NCBI GenBank assembly: GCA_000991405.1
Contig: LBRL01000001.1
Coordinates: 315,200 to 379,199 of the forward strand
Length of the DNA stretch: 64,000 bases
DNA from: Candidatus Nomurabacteria bacterium GW2011_GWD2_36_14
GTDB lineage: Bacteria > Patescibacteriota > Minisyncoccia > Phycocordibacterales > UBA9973
Reading direction: 5' to 3'
Part shown: in pieces, positions 31,322 to 39,584 of the stretch
Position numbering within the stretch: the first letter of the stretch is position 1
How the letters are laid out: each line of letters begins with the position of its first letter
Notes under the pieces: model-generated
What the model was told of the DNA's origin: nothing
Databases searched by the model: none
Seen by the model: only the letters and a program-made list of their open reading frames with translations
Made by a program: the position numbers and the translations under genes

Positions 31322-31441
31322 CAGCAGGGAGTATGCAAACTACTTTGCATACGTGGCGGAATTGAAAGACTTTTCATTATTTGTTTAATAACAAATTGAA
31401 AAGTACCCGCGACCGTTGGGCGAAATTCCGCCCCAGGCCTC
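31305..31441 (+). mobile_element. tRNA-Cys 3'-associated mini-element bounded by an 18-bp direct repeat of the tRNA 3' end
   Basis: AATTCCGCCCCAGGCCTC at 31305-31322 and 31424-31441; scaffold hairpin 31327-31354; anti-T-arm segment 31355-31366; GTACCCGCG 31403-31411. Confidence 0.65.
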
Positions 31442-31502
31442 CCTAAAGTAAATTTAGTAAAATTTACTCGGGCGAACAATTTTTAACAAAATTGTTTTAG
31501 CC
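31441..31502 (+). repeat. Double-hairpin element CCCTAA-hairpin(AGTA loop)-CGGGCGA-hairpin-TTTAGCC
   Basis: Same junction motifs at 60072-60124 and, on the minus strand, 42773-42818. Confidence 0.75.
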
Positions 31503-31547
31503 AAATAAGTAGCAATTTTTATAATTTTTTGCTAGTATGTTTTATAT

Positions 31548-31631
31548 GCCGGGGTGGCGAAATTGGTAGACGCACTGCTCTTAGGAAGCAGCGAGAGTAA
31601 TCTCATGAAAGTTCAAGTCTTTTCCCCGGCA
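31548..31631 (+). tRNA. tRNA-Leu (TAG)
   Basis: Acceptor GCCGGGG/CCCCGGC, anticodon arm CTGCT-CTTAGGA-AGCAG, long variable arm, TTCAAGT T-loop. Confidence 0.95.
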
Positions 31632-31836
31632 CATATTAAAAAACATTATGAAAATAGTGTTTTTTATATGATGTCGGGGAGTAAGCAAACTTCTTTGCTT
31701 ACGTAGAAGACTTGCACAGCGGAGTCATATTTTCTTACCAAAGAAAATAGATGAGCTGGTGACCAGACAAAACTTTTTGACGAAAAAGTTTTAGTCGAGG
31801 TCAAGAAGCGTACCCGCGGTCTTTTCCCCGGCACCA
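31617..31836 (+). mobile_element. tRNA-Leu 3'-associated mini-element bounded by a 16-bp direct repeat of the tRNA 3' end
   Basis: GTCTTTTCCCCGGCAC at 31617-31632 and 31819-31834 (downstream copy ends ACCA); scaffold 31677-31704; anti-T-arm segment 31705-31716; GTACCCGCG 31810-31818. Confidence 0.65.
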
Positions 31837-32483
31837 AGTTTTTTGGATTGCTTCAAAATTTTAAAGGCTATATTTCTTTTCCTAGATAAAGAAGTATTTT
31901 TACCTTTATATATAAATTGTAAAACTTTTATACTATCTTCTTTTGCAAAAGTTAATGTATAAACTGATGATTCTTTAGGTAGACAAATTGAACCACCTTT
32001 AACTTCAAATAATTCAATACAAGATTTTAATATCCACTCTAGAAATAATTTACTAGCTGAACAAAGCCTTACCTTGTATTGAGGATGCTTACTTTCCTTA
32101 TGTTTTGAAATTGTAATACTTCCATCTCCATCAATACATCCTCGAAGAAAATCTTTAAAATATTCTTTTGGTATTTTTAATTCATTTATCGTTTTAGATT
32201 TTTTGGGAGTAATTCCTATACTTAATAAAAACTCAAAAAAGTTTTTATCTCCAAATTGTAAAACATAATATTTCTTATCTTTTGATCCACCCCGAGCCTT
32301 TTTGCCAATAAGGTTGTTGATTCCTAAACATTTCTTACAATTTAACAGCATTTCTTCATCTTTTGAAGTAATATGAATATGCCGTAAATCTGGAGATAGA
32401 TTACCATCTGTAGCAATTACTCCTATAACATAAGCAAAATCACCATTCCATTTTATTTTCACATTCCCCTTTCGATATGCCAT
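31791..32483 (-). CDS. LAGLIDADG homing-endonuclease family protein (two motifs)
   Basis: FAYVIGVIATDGNL and FLRGCIDGDGSI; AT-rich, Lys-rich; C-terminus read through the antisense of the duplicated tRNA-Leu end. Confidence 0.85.
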   Translation of the reverse strand: MAYRKGNVKIKWNGDFAYVIGVIATDGNLSPDLRHIHITSKDEEMLLNCKKCLGINNLIGKKARGGSKDKKYYVLQFGDKNFFEFLLSIGITPKKSKTINELKIPKEYFKDFLRGCIDGDGSITISKHKESKHPQYKVRLCSASKLFLEWILKSCIELFEVKGGSICLPKESSVYTLTFAKEDSIKVLQFIYKGKNTSLSRKRNIAFKILKQSKKLGAGEKTAGTLLDLD

Positions 32484-32570
32484 ACACCCATTATACTAAA
32501 ACATATAGCGTCTGCCAATAAAAATATTAATTATATTTCATTTATGAATGCTTCATGCTAAACTACCCTT

Positions 32571-33440
32571 ATGTCCCTCGAAAAGACTGCTCTTAAAACT
32601 ACATACTTTAGTATTCTAAGTAATGCTCTTCTAGCTATCATCAAATGGACGGCTGGTTACTTTGGCCACTCTTACGCCCTTATCGCTGATGCCATAGAAT
32701 CCACCACAGACATCTTTTCTTCTGCTTTGGTACTCTTCGGTATCAAATATTCAAGTAAACCTGCCGACAAGAATCACCCATACGGACACGGAAGAATAGA
32801 GCCACTCGTCACTTTTCTAGTTGTAGGTTTTCTAATTATTTCTGCAATTATCATAGCTCGCCAAGCCATCATAAATATTGGAACTCCCCACGAATTACCA
32901 AAGTTTTATACTTTATTCATCTTGGCTGGAATTATAATATGGAAAGAAGCTTCTTATCGATTAGTCGTCAGGAAAAGTAAGGAAACCAAAAGCTCATCTC
33001 TCAAGGCCGACGCTTGGCATCATAGAAGCGACGCTATCACCTCTGTAGCTGCATTTATAGGTATCACTATTGCACTTATCTTAGGCAAAGGCTACGAATC
33101 TGCTGATGATTGGGCCGCACTCTTTGCAGCAGGTTTCATCCTGTATAATTGCTATCTTATATTTCGCCCTGCATTAGGAGAAGTTATGGATGAGCATACC
33201 CATGATGATGTTGTCATGAAAGTGAGAGAAATATCTAAAATAGTAGAAGGCGTCATAGAGACAGAGAAATGCTTCATTAGAAAGACGGGCATGAAGTACC
33301 ATGTTGACCTACATATTGTTGTCGATGGAGCGATATCAGTAAAGGAAGGCCACGCAATATCACACGTACTGAAGGATAAAATAAAGGAAGAAATGCCAGA
33401 AATTTCCAATATTTTAATTCACATTGAACCTAAAAATTAA
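32571..33440 (+). CDS. Cation diffusion facilitator (FieF-like) transporter
   Basis: ALIADAIES, PADKNHPYGHGRIE, ADAWHHRSD, IHIEP. Confidence 0.95.
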   Translation: MSLEKTALKTTYFSILSNALLAIIKWTAGYFGHSYALIADAIESTTDIFSSALVLFGIKYSSKPADKNHPYGHGRIEPLVTFLVVGFLIISAIIIARQAIINIGTPHELPKFYTLFILAGIIIWKEASYRLVVRKSKETKSSSLKADAWHHRSDAITSVAAFIGITIALILGKGYESADDWAALFAAGFILYNCYLIFRPALGEVMDEHTHDDVVMKVREISKIVEGVIETEKCFIRKTGMKYHVDLHIVVDGAISVKEGHAISHVLKDKIKEEMPEISNILIHIEPKN

Positions 33441-33485
33441 CTCCAAAATTTGCAAATTTAAGTAAAATATAGTACTATACAAATT

Positions 33486-33719
33486 ATGACGATTATTGCT
33501 AATATATTGCCTTATATACAAATAATACTATCTATCATCCTAATCACCGCTATTTTGCTACAGCAATCTGACGCTGGTGTAGGAGGAGTACTTGGAGGAG
33601 GAGACGGGGGTGGACTTTACCACACACGCCGTGGCTTTGAAAAGTTCCTTTTCGTTTTGACTATAGTCATTGCTATTCTATTGACTGCTTCAGCACTTAT
33701 CGCAATATTCGTTAAGTAG
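33486..33719 (+). CDS. secG: Preprotein translocase subunit SecG
   Basis: ILLQQSDAGVGGVLGG, TRRGFEKFL; two TM helices. Confidence 0.92.
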   Translation: MTIIANILPYIQIILSIILITAILLQQSDAGVGGVLGGGDGGGLYHTRRGFEKFLFVLTIVIAILLTASALIAIFVK

Positions 33720-33772
33720 TTTTTTCTACGTAATATAACAACTAATAAAATTATACTCTCAAAGAGTGCATT

Positions 33773-35569
33773 ATGCATAAATTTCTTTCATTTATAAAAG
33801 AATTTCAAATTCCAAAAAAGCAAAACCTTAGAGATGCACTAGCTTCATTCTCTAGAAAAGAATTTTACATTTTCGCAACTATCGTTGTGGTTGCTCTTGT
33901 TGCTATGGTTGTCATGCTAAATGCTATCAACAATAAATTCCTAGTAGACGTACCTATGAATGGTGGATCCGTCACAGAAGGTATTATCGGTATGCCTACC
34001 CTCGTCAATCCAGTACTCGCAATTTCTGATGCAGATAAAGACTTGGTATCTCTAGTCTATAGTGGCCTAGTAAGGAGACAGCCTGACGGCACATATATCC
34101 CCGACTTGGCAGAATCTTATACAATCTCTCCCGATGGGCTTACATATACTTTCATCCTTAGAAAAGATGCTAAATTCCATGATGGAGTGAAGGTTACAGC
34201 CAATGACGTAGTCTACACTATAGACAAGATCAAGGACCCAACAGTGAAAAGTCCTCGCGTCGGATGGAATGTAGTATCAGTGGAGAAGAAAGATGATCGC
34301 ACCATAGTCTTCACTTTGAACAAAGCCTACATATCTTTCTTAGACAATATGACTCTCGGTATCTTACCAGAGCATATCTGGAAGGAAAAGGAGTCTCAGT
34401 TCAATATCTCCCCTTACAATATTAAAGCTATCGGATCAGGACCTTACCAGATCAAGTCTGTCGCAAAGAATAGTGACGGGATTCCACAAAAGTATGTATT
34501 GAAAAGTTTTTCAAAATTTACGCTTGGAGTTCCTCATATCAAGACCTTAAATATCGTTTCATTTTCAAATGAAAAAGATTTAGTGGATGCTATCTCAAAC
34601 GGCTCCATAGACCAAGCAGGTGGTATAAGTCCTAAGAATGCAATAGATATCAACAAAGATTCATACACTATACACACCGCTTCTACCCCTAGAATATTTG
34701 GATTATTTTATAACAGTCTAAACAACAAAATATTTGCAGATCCAAATATTGTCAAAGCCTTTGATTATGCATTAAATAGGCAAGAAGTCATCGACAATGT
34801 CCTATATGGATATGGGACAATAACCAGCAATCCTATCCCAGACACCATTTTGAAAAATGATACAGTAGTGAGAGAAGATTCTGAATCTATCAAGAAGGCC
34901 AACGACCTTCTAGATAAGAGTGGCTGGATTATAGGTGCTGATGGCTTGCGTACAAAAGGAGGTACAACAACTATTACCAAGACAAAGAAGGTTGGCAAGA
35001 AGACCGTAACTGAAAAAGTGAAGGTGAATAGCGGTCCAGTAACTACTCTTGAATTCTCTCTGACAACCCTAGATACACCCGAATTCAAGCAAGCCGCTGA
35101 AATCATCAAGAAGCAATTGGGTAGAGTAGGTGTAAGAGTCAACACAGAGAAGGTTTACGAAATGGGACCACTAAACAAGATCATTCAGAATCGCGAATAT
35201 GAGGCTCTCTTCTTCGGACAGAGGATCACCCACGAGTCTGACTTATTCTTGTTCTGGCACTCATCTCAGAATAAAGATCCCGGACTCAATATATCTATGT
35301 ATAGCAATGCTAAGGTAGATAAAATACTTGAAGATGCCCAGAAGACAATCTTGCTTGATGATAGAATAAATAAATATAAAAGTTTCATTGAAGAATTTAA
35401 TAAAGATATCCCTGCTCTATTGATATATTCTCCGAAGTATTTATATGCCACAACAATTGAGCTCAATAATATAAATATCAACACATTAATAAACCCATCC
35501 GATAGATTTGCATCTATATATACATGGTATGCAGACAAAGATCGTGTGTGGAAAATCTTTACTAAATAA
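33773..35569 (+). CDS. ABC transporter substrate-binding protein, family 5 (OppA-like)
   Basis: VYSGLV, PDLAESY..SPDGLTYTF.LR..KFHDG, IGSGPY. Confidence 0.9.
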   Translation: MHKFLSFIKEFQIPKKQNLRDALASFSRKEFYIFATIVVVALVAMVVMLNAINNKFLVDVPMNGGSVTEGIIGMPTLVNPVLAISDADKDLVSLVYSGLVRRQPDGTYIPDLAESYTISPDGLTYTFILRKDAKFHDGVKVTANDVVYTIDKIKDPTVKSPRVGWNVVSVEKKDDRTIVFTLNKAYISFLDNMTLGILPEHIWKEKESQFNISPYNIKAIGSGPYQIKSVAKNSDGIPQKYVLKSFSKFTLGVPHIKTLNIVSFSNEKDLVDAISNGSIDQAGGISPKNAIDINKDSYTIHTASTPRIFGLFYNSLNNKIFADPNIVKAFDYALNRQEVIDNVLYGYGTITSNPIPDTILKNDTVVREDSESIKKANDLLDKSGWIIGADGLRTKGGTTTITKTKKVGKKTVTEKVKVNSGPVTTLEFSLTTLDTPEFKQAAEIIKKQLGRVGVRVNTEKVYEMGPLNKIIQNREYEALFFGQRITHESDLFLFWHSSQNKDPGLNISMYSNAKVDKILEDAQKTILLDDRINKYKSFIEEFNKDIPALLIYSPKYLYATTIELNNININTLINPSDRFASIYTWYADKDRVWKIFTK

Positions 35570-35577
35570 ATAATAAT

Positions 35578-37572
35578 ATGGAAGAAAAACCAAAAACAAA
35601 TAGAAATGACGGAAATAAAAAAAGTAATTTCCAATTTAGAAAAACAAATACTATAAGAGTTATACATAAGGCAGGAACTCCTAAGGTAGACTCTATGTTC
35701 AAGCCAACAAACCGTCAGCCATTGAAGGGTAATCACGCTCAATCCGACAACAAAAACAAGACCATGAGTCGCGGAAGCTACCAATATGGCACCAACAAAG
35801 GTGGTAGACGTCCTCGTATGGCAACCCCAGTACCTCCTAAAGAGAATGCCGTCGTTGTCCGTAAGAACAAGACTACCCTTATCCCCCCACCTGAAGATGG
35901 TGTTATCCGTATAATTCCCCTCGGTGGTGTAGAAGAAATAGGCAAGAATATGACCGCTATTGAGATTGGAGATGATATCATTGTCATCGACGCAGGTATG
36001 CAATTCAAGACTGAAGATACTCCCGGTATAGACTACATCATCCCCAATACTACCTACCTCGAAGAGCGTAAGGATAAAATACGCGCAATGCTAGTCACCC
36101 ACGGACACCTAGACCACATAGGGGGCATACCTCTAGTTATGAGCCGTATAGGCAACCCACCTCTGTATTCTAGAAATCTTTCAGTCTTGGTCATGAAGAA
36201 ACGCCAAGAAGAATTCTCTCACCTCCCTCTACTCAATGCTCACATCATAGAGAAGGATTCTGTGATATATGTAGGTAAGCTTCGCATACGATTCTTTGGT
36301 GTGACTCACACCATGCCTGACTCAATGGGCATAGTTATCGAAACACCATATGGAAGTATTGTAACTCCCGGAGACTACAAGCTTGACCAGATAGATGGGA
36401 AAGTGTCAGAAGAAGAGGAGAAAGAGTACGCCTTTTTCGACAAAGAAAAAGTTCTTCTACTATTGACCGACTCTACAAATATAGAAAACGAAGGATTCTC
36501 TATACCTGAAGTTTGGGTTCATGAAGGTTTGGGTAAATTAATACGACAAGGAACTGGCCGAATTATTATCTCTGCCTTTGCTTCTTCTATTACTCGACTT
36601 ATGAAGATAGTAGAGATTGCAGAATCACTAGGCAAGAAGGTAATCCTAGATGGTAGATCACTAAAGACCAACATGGAAGTCTGCGAAGCAGCTGGAATCT
36701 TCAAGCCCAAGAAAGGCACCATAATACCCATAGAAGATGTAGACAAGTACCCTCCTAATAAAATCCTTATCATGATGACAGGTGCCCAAGGTGAAGAATT
36801 CGCAGCTCTCAATCGTGCTGCCAATAAGACTCACAAGAAGTTTACCATCCGCCCCGGAGATACTATCATCCTCTCCTCTTCTATTGTCCCAGGGAATGAA
36901 ATAGCCGTTCAGCATTTGAAGGACAATCTGACTCGCCACGGTATACGTATTATAAGTTATCGTACAAGTGAAGATACTATCCATGCCACAGGTCACGGCA
37001 ACCAAGAAGATATAAAATGGCTACACAAGAAGACGCATCCCAAGTTCTTTATCCCTATTCATGGGTGGCACTCAATGCTCGTCAAACACAAGGAAGTGGC
37101 TATGTCCTTAGGCATGTCTGAAGAAAACATTATAGTCCCCGACAACGGCTCTATTATAGAAATAGTAGACAATGGTTCTAAGATGATTCTCCGCAAAGAG
37201 AAAGCTCCCGCAGGAGCTATGATGGTAGACGGCTTCTCTATAGGCGATGAGCAAGATGTAGTCATCAGAGACAGAGTCATGCTAGCCCAAGATGGAATGT
37301 TCGTACTTATAGCTACTATTGACTCCAATACGGGTAAGCTTCGCAAGTCTCCAGACATCATCTCTAGAGGATTTATATATCTAAAAGAGAATCAAGAGCT
37401 ACTTCACCAAGTCAGACTTATCATCAAGCAAACTATTGAGGAAGGAACAATTGGTATGAATCCTATAAATTTTGATAATATCAAGACAAATCTAGGAGAC
37501 AATATCTCGAAGTTCCTCTTCCAGAAGACAGCCAAGAGACCACTTGTAATTCCAGTATTATTAAGTATTTAA
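35578..37572 (+). CDS. rnj: Ribonuclease J
   Basis: IPLGGVEEIGKNM, THGHLDHIG, GDYK, DSTN, HATGHG, PIHG. Confidence 0.96.
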   Translation: MEEKPKTNRNDGNKKSNFQFRKTNTIRVIHKAGTPKVDSMFKPTNRQPLKGNHAQSDNKNKTMSRGSYQYGTNKGGRRPRMATPVPPKENAVVVRKNKTTLIPPPEDGVIRIIPLGGVEEIGKNMTAIEIGDDIIVIDAGMQFKTEDTPGIDYIIPNTTYLEERKDKIRAMLVTHGHLDHIGGIPLVMSRIGNPPLYSRNLSVLVMKKRQEEFSHLPLLNAHIIEKDSVIYVGKLRIRFFGVTHTMPDSMGIVIETPYGSIVTPGDYKLDQIDGKVSEEEEKEYAFFDKEKVLLLLTDSTNIENEGFSIPEVWVHEGLGKLIRQGTGRIIISAFASSITRLMKIVEIAESLGKKVILDGRSLKTNMEVCEAAGIFKPKKGTIIPIEDVDKYPPNKILIMMTGAQGEEFAALNRAANKTHKKFTIRPGDTIILSSSIVPGNEIAVQHLKDNLTRHGIRIISYRTSEDTIHATGHGNQEDIKWLHKKTHPKFFIPIHGWHSMLVKHKEVAMSLGMSEENIIVPDNGSIIEIVDNGSKMILRKEKAPAGAMMVDGFSIGDEQDVVIRDRVMLAQDGMFVLIATIDSNTGKLRKSPDIISRGFIYLKENQELLHQVRLIIKQTIEEGTIGMNPINFDNIKTNLGDNISKFLFQKTAKRPLVIPVLLSI

Positions 37573-37582
37573 ACAAAATTGT

Positions 37583-38770
37583 ATGTCACCAAAAATAAAA
37601 AGAATGTATGCTCTGTCATTTATATTTACTTTACATATATCAATTTCGGCTTATATTAGCTCCATCTTCCTAACAGGAATTATGAAAGAAAGCTTTATAG
37701 GAATCCTATACACGATAGCTTCACTCATTACCCTCATCCTTCTGACAAAGAGTTCAAGTATACTGAAGAATTTGGGCAACAAAAAACTAACTCTCATTTT
37801 TCTATTGGTGAACATATTATCGCTAGCAGGACTTATAACTAGTAGTAATCCATATATCATAGGATCTTCATTTATATTGTTTACCATAACGAATACTCTG
37901 GTATTTTTCTGTATTGATATATTCATAGAGCATTTTGGAGACCCGCTAACTATCGGTAAGACTAGAGGCCTATACCTGACTGTTATAAATATCGCATGGA
38001 TGCTATCTCCACTTATTGCCGTGACTCTAATCACGAAAGAAGGTGGGTACAAAGCTATCTTTACCCTCGCTTTCTTCATGGCAGTGGCAATGACTATTGG
38101 ACTACTTTTCTCTATAAAAACTTTCAAGGACAAGGTGTACAAGAAGACCCCCTTCTTGGAAACTTATAAATACCTAAAGACCAATCATCATATGTTGGCT
38201 ATCACTATCATCAACTTCATCCTGCAATTCTTCTTTGCGTGGATGGTTGTCTATACTCCTATATACCTTTATAATCATATGCATTTCAACTGGACACAAA
38301 TAGGAGTAATGTTTACCATTATGCTCGCTCCTTTCATTATCTTAGGGTTGCCAGTAGGAACACTTATTGACAAATACCATGTGAGGAAGAGAACACTTCT
38401 ATACATAGGCTTTGTCATTATAATCACCTCAACATTTTTGATTGCTTTTATAACGACTAGAAGCGTAGCCATCTGGGCATTGGTACTATTTATCACTCGT
38501 GTTGGAGCAAGTATCATAGAAACAACTTCAGAAACATACTTCTTCACTCATATAAGAGAAGAAGATGCTTATCTCTTAGGAGTGTTCCGCGATATGAACC
38601 CTGTCGCATATATTATCGCTCCAATGATAGCAACTCTTGTATTCCTAGTACTACCATTTAAATTCCTCTTTGTTATATTGAGTATTATATTACTGGCAGG
38701 ACTTTACTATATACCAAAGCTTAAACACAATCATGACCCCGCACAAACTTTTCAAGAACAAACATTATAA
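37583..38770 (+). CDS. MFS transporter
   Basis: About 12 hydrophobic helices; GTLIDKY motif-A-like loop. Confidence 0.85.
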   Translation: MSPKIKRMYALSFIFTLHISISAYISSIFLTGIMKESFIGILYTIASLITLILLTKSSSILKNLGNKKLTLIFLLVNILSLAGLITSSNPYIIGSSFILFTITNTLVFFCIDIFIEHFGDPLTIGKTRGLYLTVINIAWMLSPLIAVTLITKEGGYKAIFTLAFFMAVAMTIGLLFSIKTFKDKVYKKTPFLETYKYLKTNHHMLAITIINFILQFFFAWMVVYTPIYLYNHMHFNWTQIGVMFTIMLAPFIILGLPVGTLIDKYHVRKRTLLYIGFVIIITSTFLIAFITTRSVAIWALVLFITRVGASIIETTSETYFFTHIREEDAYLLGVFRDMNPVAYIIAPMIATLVFLVLPFKFLFVILSIILLAGLYYIPKLKHNHDPAQTFQEQTL

Positions 38771-38823
38771 TTAATATAGACTATCTTTTTACAAAATATA
38801 TTAAAAAGTTTAGGCGGACAAGT

Positions 38824-39531
38824 ATGGAATACCCAATACGAATAAATAAATATCTTGCATTAAAAAACTATGCTACCCGAAAAGGTGCCGATGAACTGAT
38901 CAAAAAAGGTTTCGTATTTATCAATGGCCGGAAGGCTGTGCTGGGGGATCAAGTATACAGAGATGAAGATGTAACAGTAAGTGATAAAGTTCCTAAGAAA
39001 GATTATGTATACTACGCTTACAATAAAGCTGTAGGGGTATCGACCAACCCAGATGTGAAAACAAAAGATATATTGAAAGTTACGAAGTTCAAGGAAGCAG
39101 TCTTCCCTATCGGCAGACTCGACAAAGATTCGCGTGGACTTATACTTATGACCAACGATGGACGAGTGACGGACAGACTCCTCTCACCTCTTTATGTTCA
39201 CGAGAAGGAATACGTGGTAAAAGTAGAACCAAATTTCTCAGATAAATTTATAGAACTTATGGGTGGTGGTGTACACTTTGATAAATTCATAAGTCGCAAG
39301 TGTAAAGTCTGGAGGAATACAGCTAAGTCTAAGGACACCTTCAATATCGTGCTCACAGAGGGCAAGAAACGCCAAATCAGACGTATGTGTGAAGCTTTGC
39401 ATCACAAAGTTGTCGACTTAAAGCGTATTCGTATTATGAACATAGAACTAGGAAAACTAAACGAGGGAGAATATAGAGACATAAAGGGAGCGGAGCTAGA
39501 CACTTTACTAAAATCTTTGAAATTAAGATAA
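38824..39531 (+). CDS. rRNA pseudouridine synthase (RsuA/RluB/RluF family)
   Basis: S4 domain (RINKYLA), GRLDKDSRGL, HEKEY, EGKKRQIRRM. Confidence 0.94.
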   Translation: MEYPIRINKYLALKNYATRKGADELIKKGFVFINGRKAVLGDQVYRDEDVTVSDKVPKKDYVYYAYNKAVGVSTNPDVKTKDILKVTKFKEAVFPIGRLDKDSRGLILMTNDGRVTDRLLSPLYVHEKEYVVKVEPNFSDKFIELMGGGVHFDKFISRKCKVWRNTAKSKDTFNIVLTEGKKRQIRRMCEALHHKVVDLKRIRIMNIELGKLNEGEYRDIKGAELDTLLKSLKLR

Positions 39532-39533
39532 AT

Positions 39534-39570
39534 ACATAAAGAGCCCGACCTTCGGTCGGGCTCTTTATGT
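39534..39570. terminator. Bidirectional intrinsic terminator
   Basis: ACATAAAGAGCCCGACC-TTC-GGTCGGGCTCTTTATGT between convergent genes. Confidence 0.8.
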
Positions 39571-39584
39571 TAGAATATTAGACT

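Noticed and set aside
31322-31836. Group I/II introns in the tRNAs
   Set aside because: Both tRNAs are complete and uninterrupted. The extra sequences are short (119 and 202 bp between repeats), lie 3' of the genes and show no recognisable intron core.
35266-36003. 245-aa minus-strand ORF and the many other short antisense ORFs in the track
   Set aside because: They are shadows of well-supported genes on the opposite strand and have no recognisable motifs.
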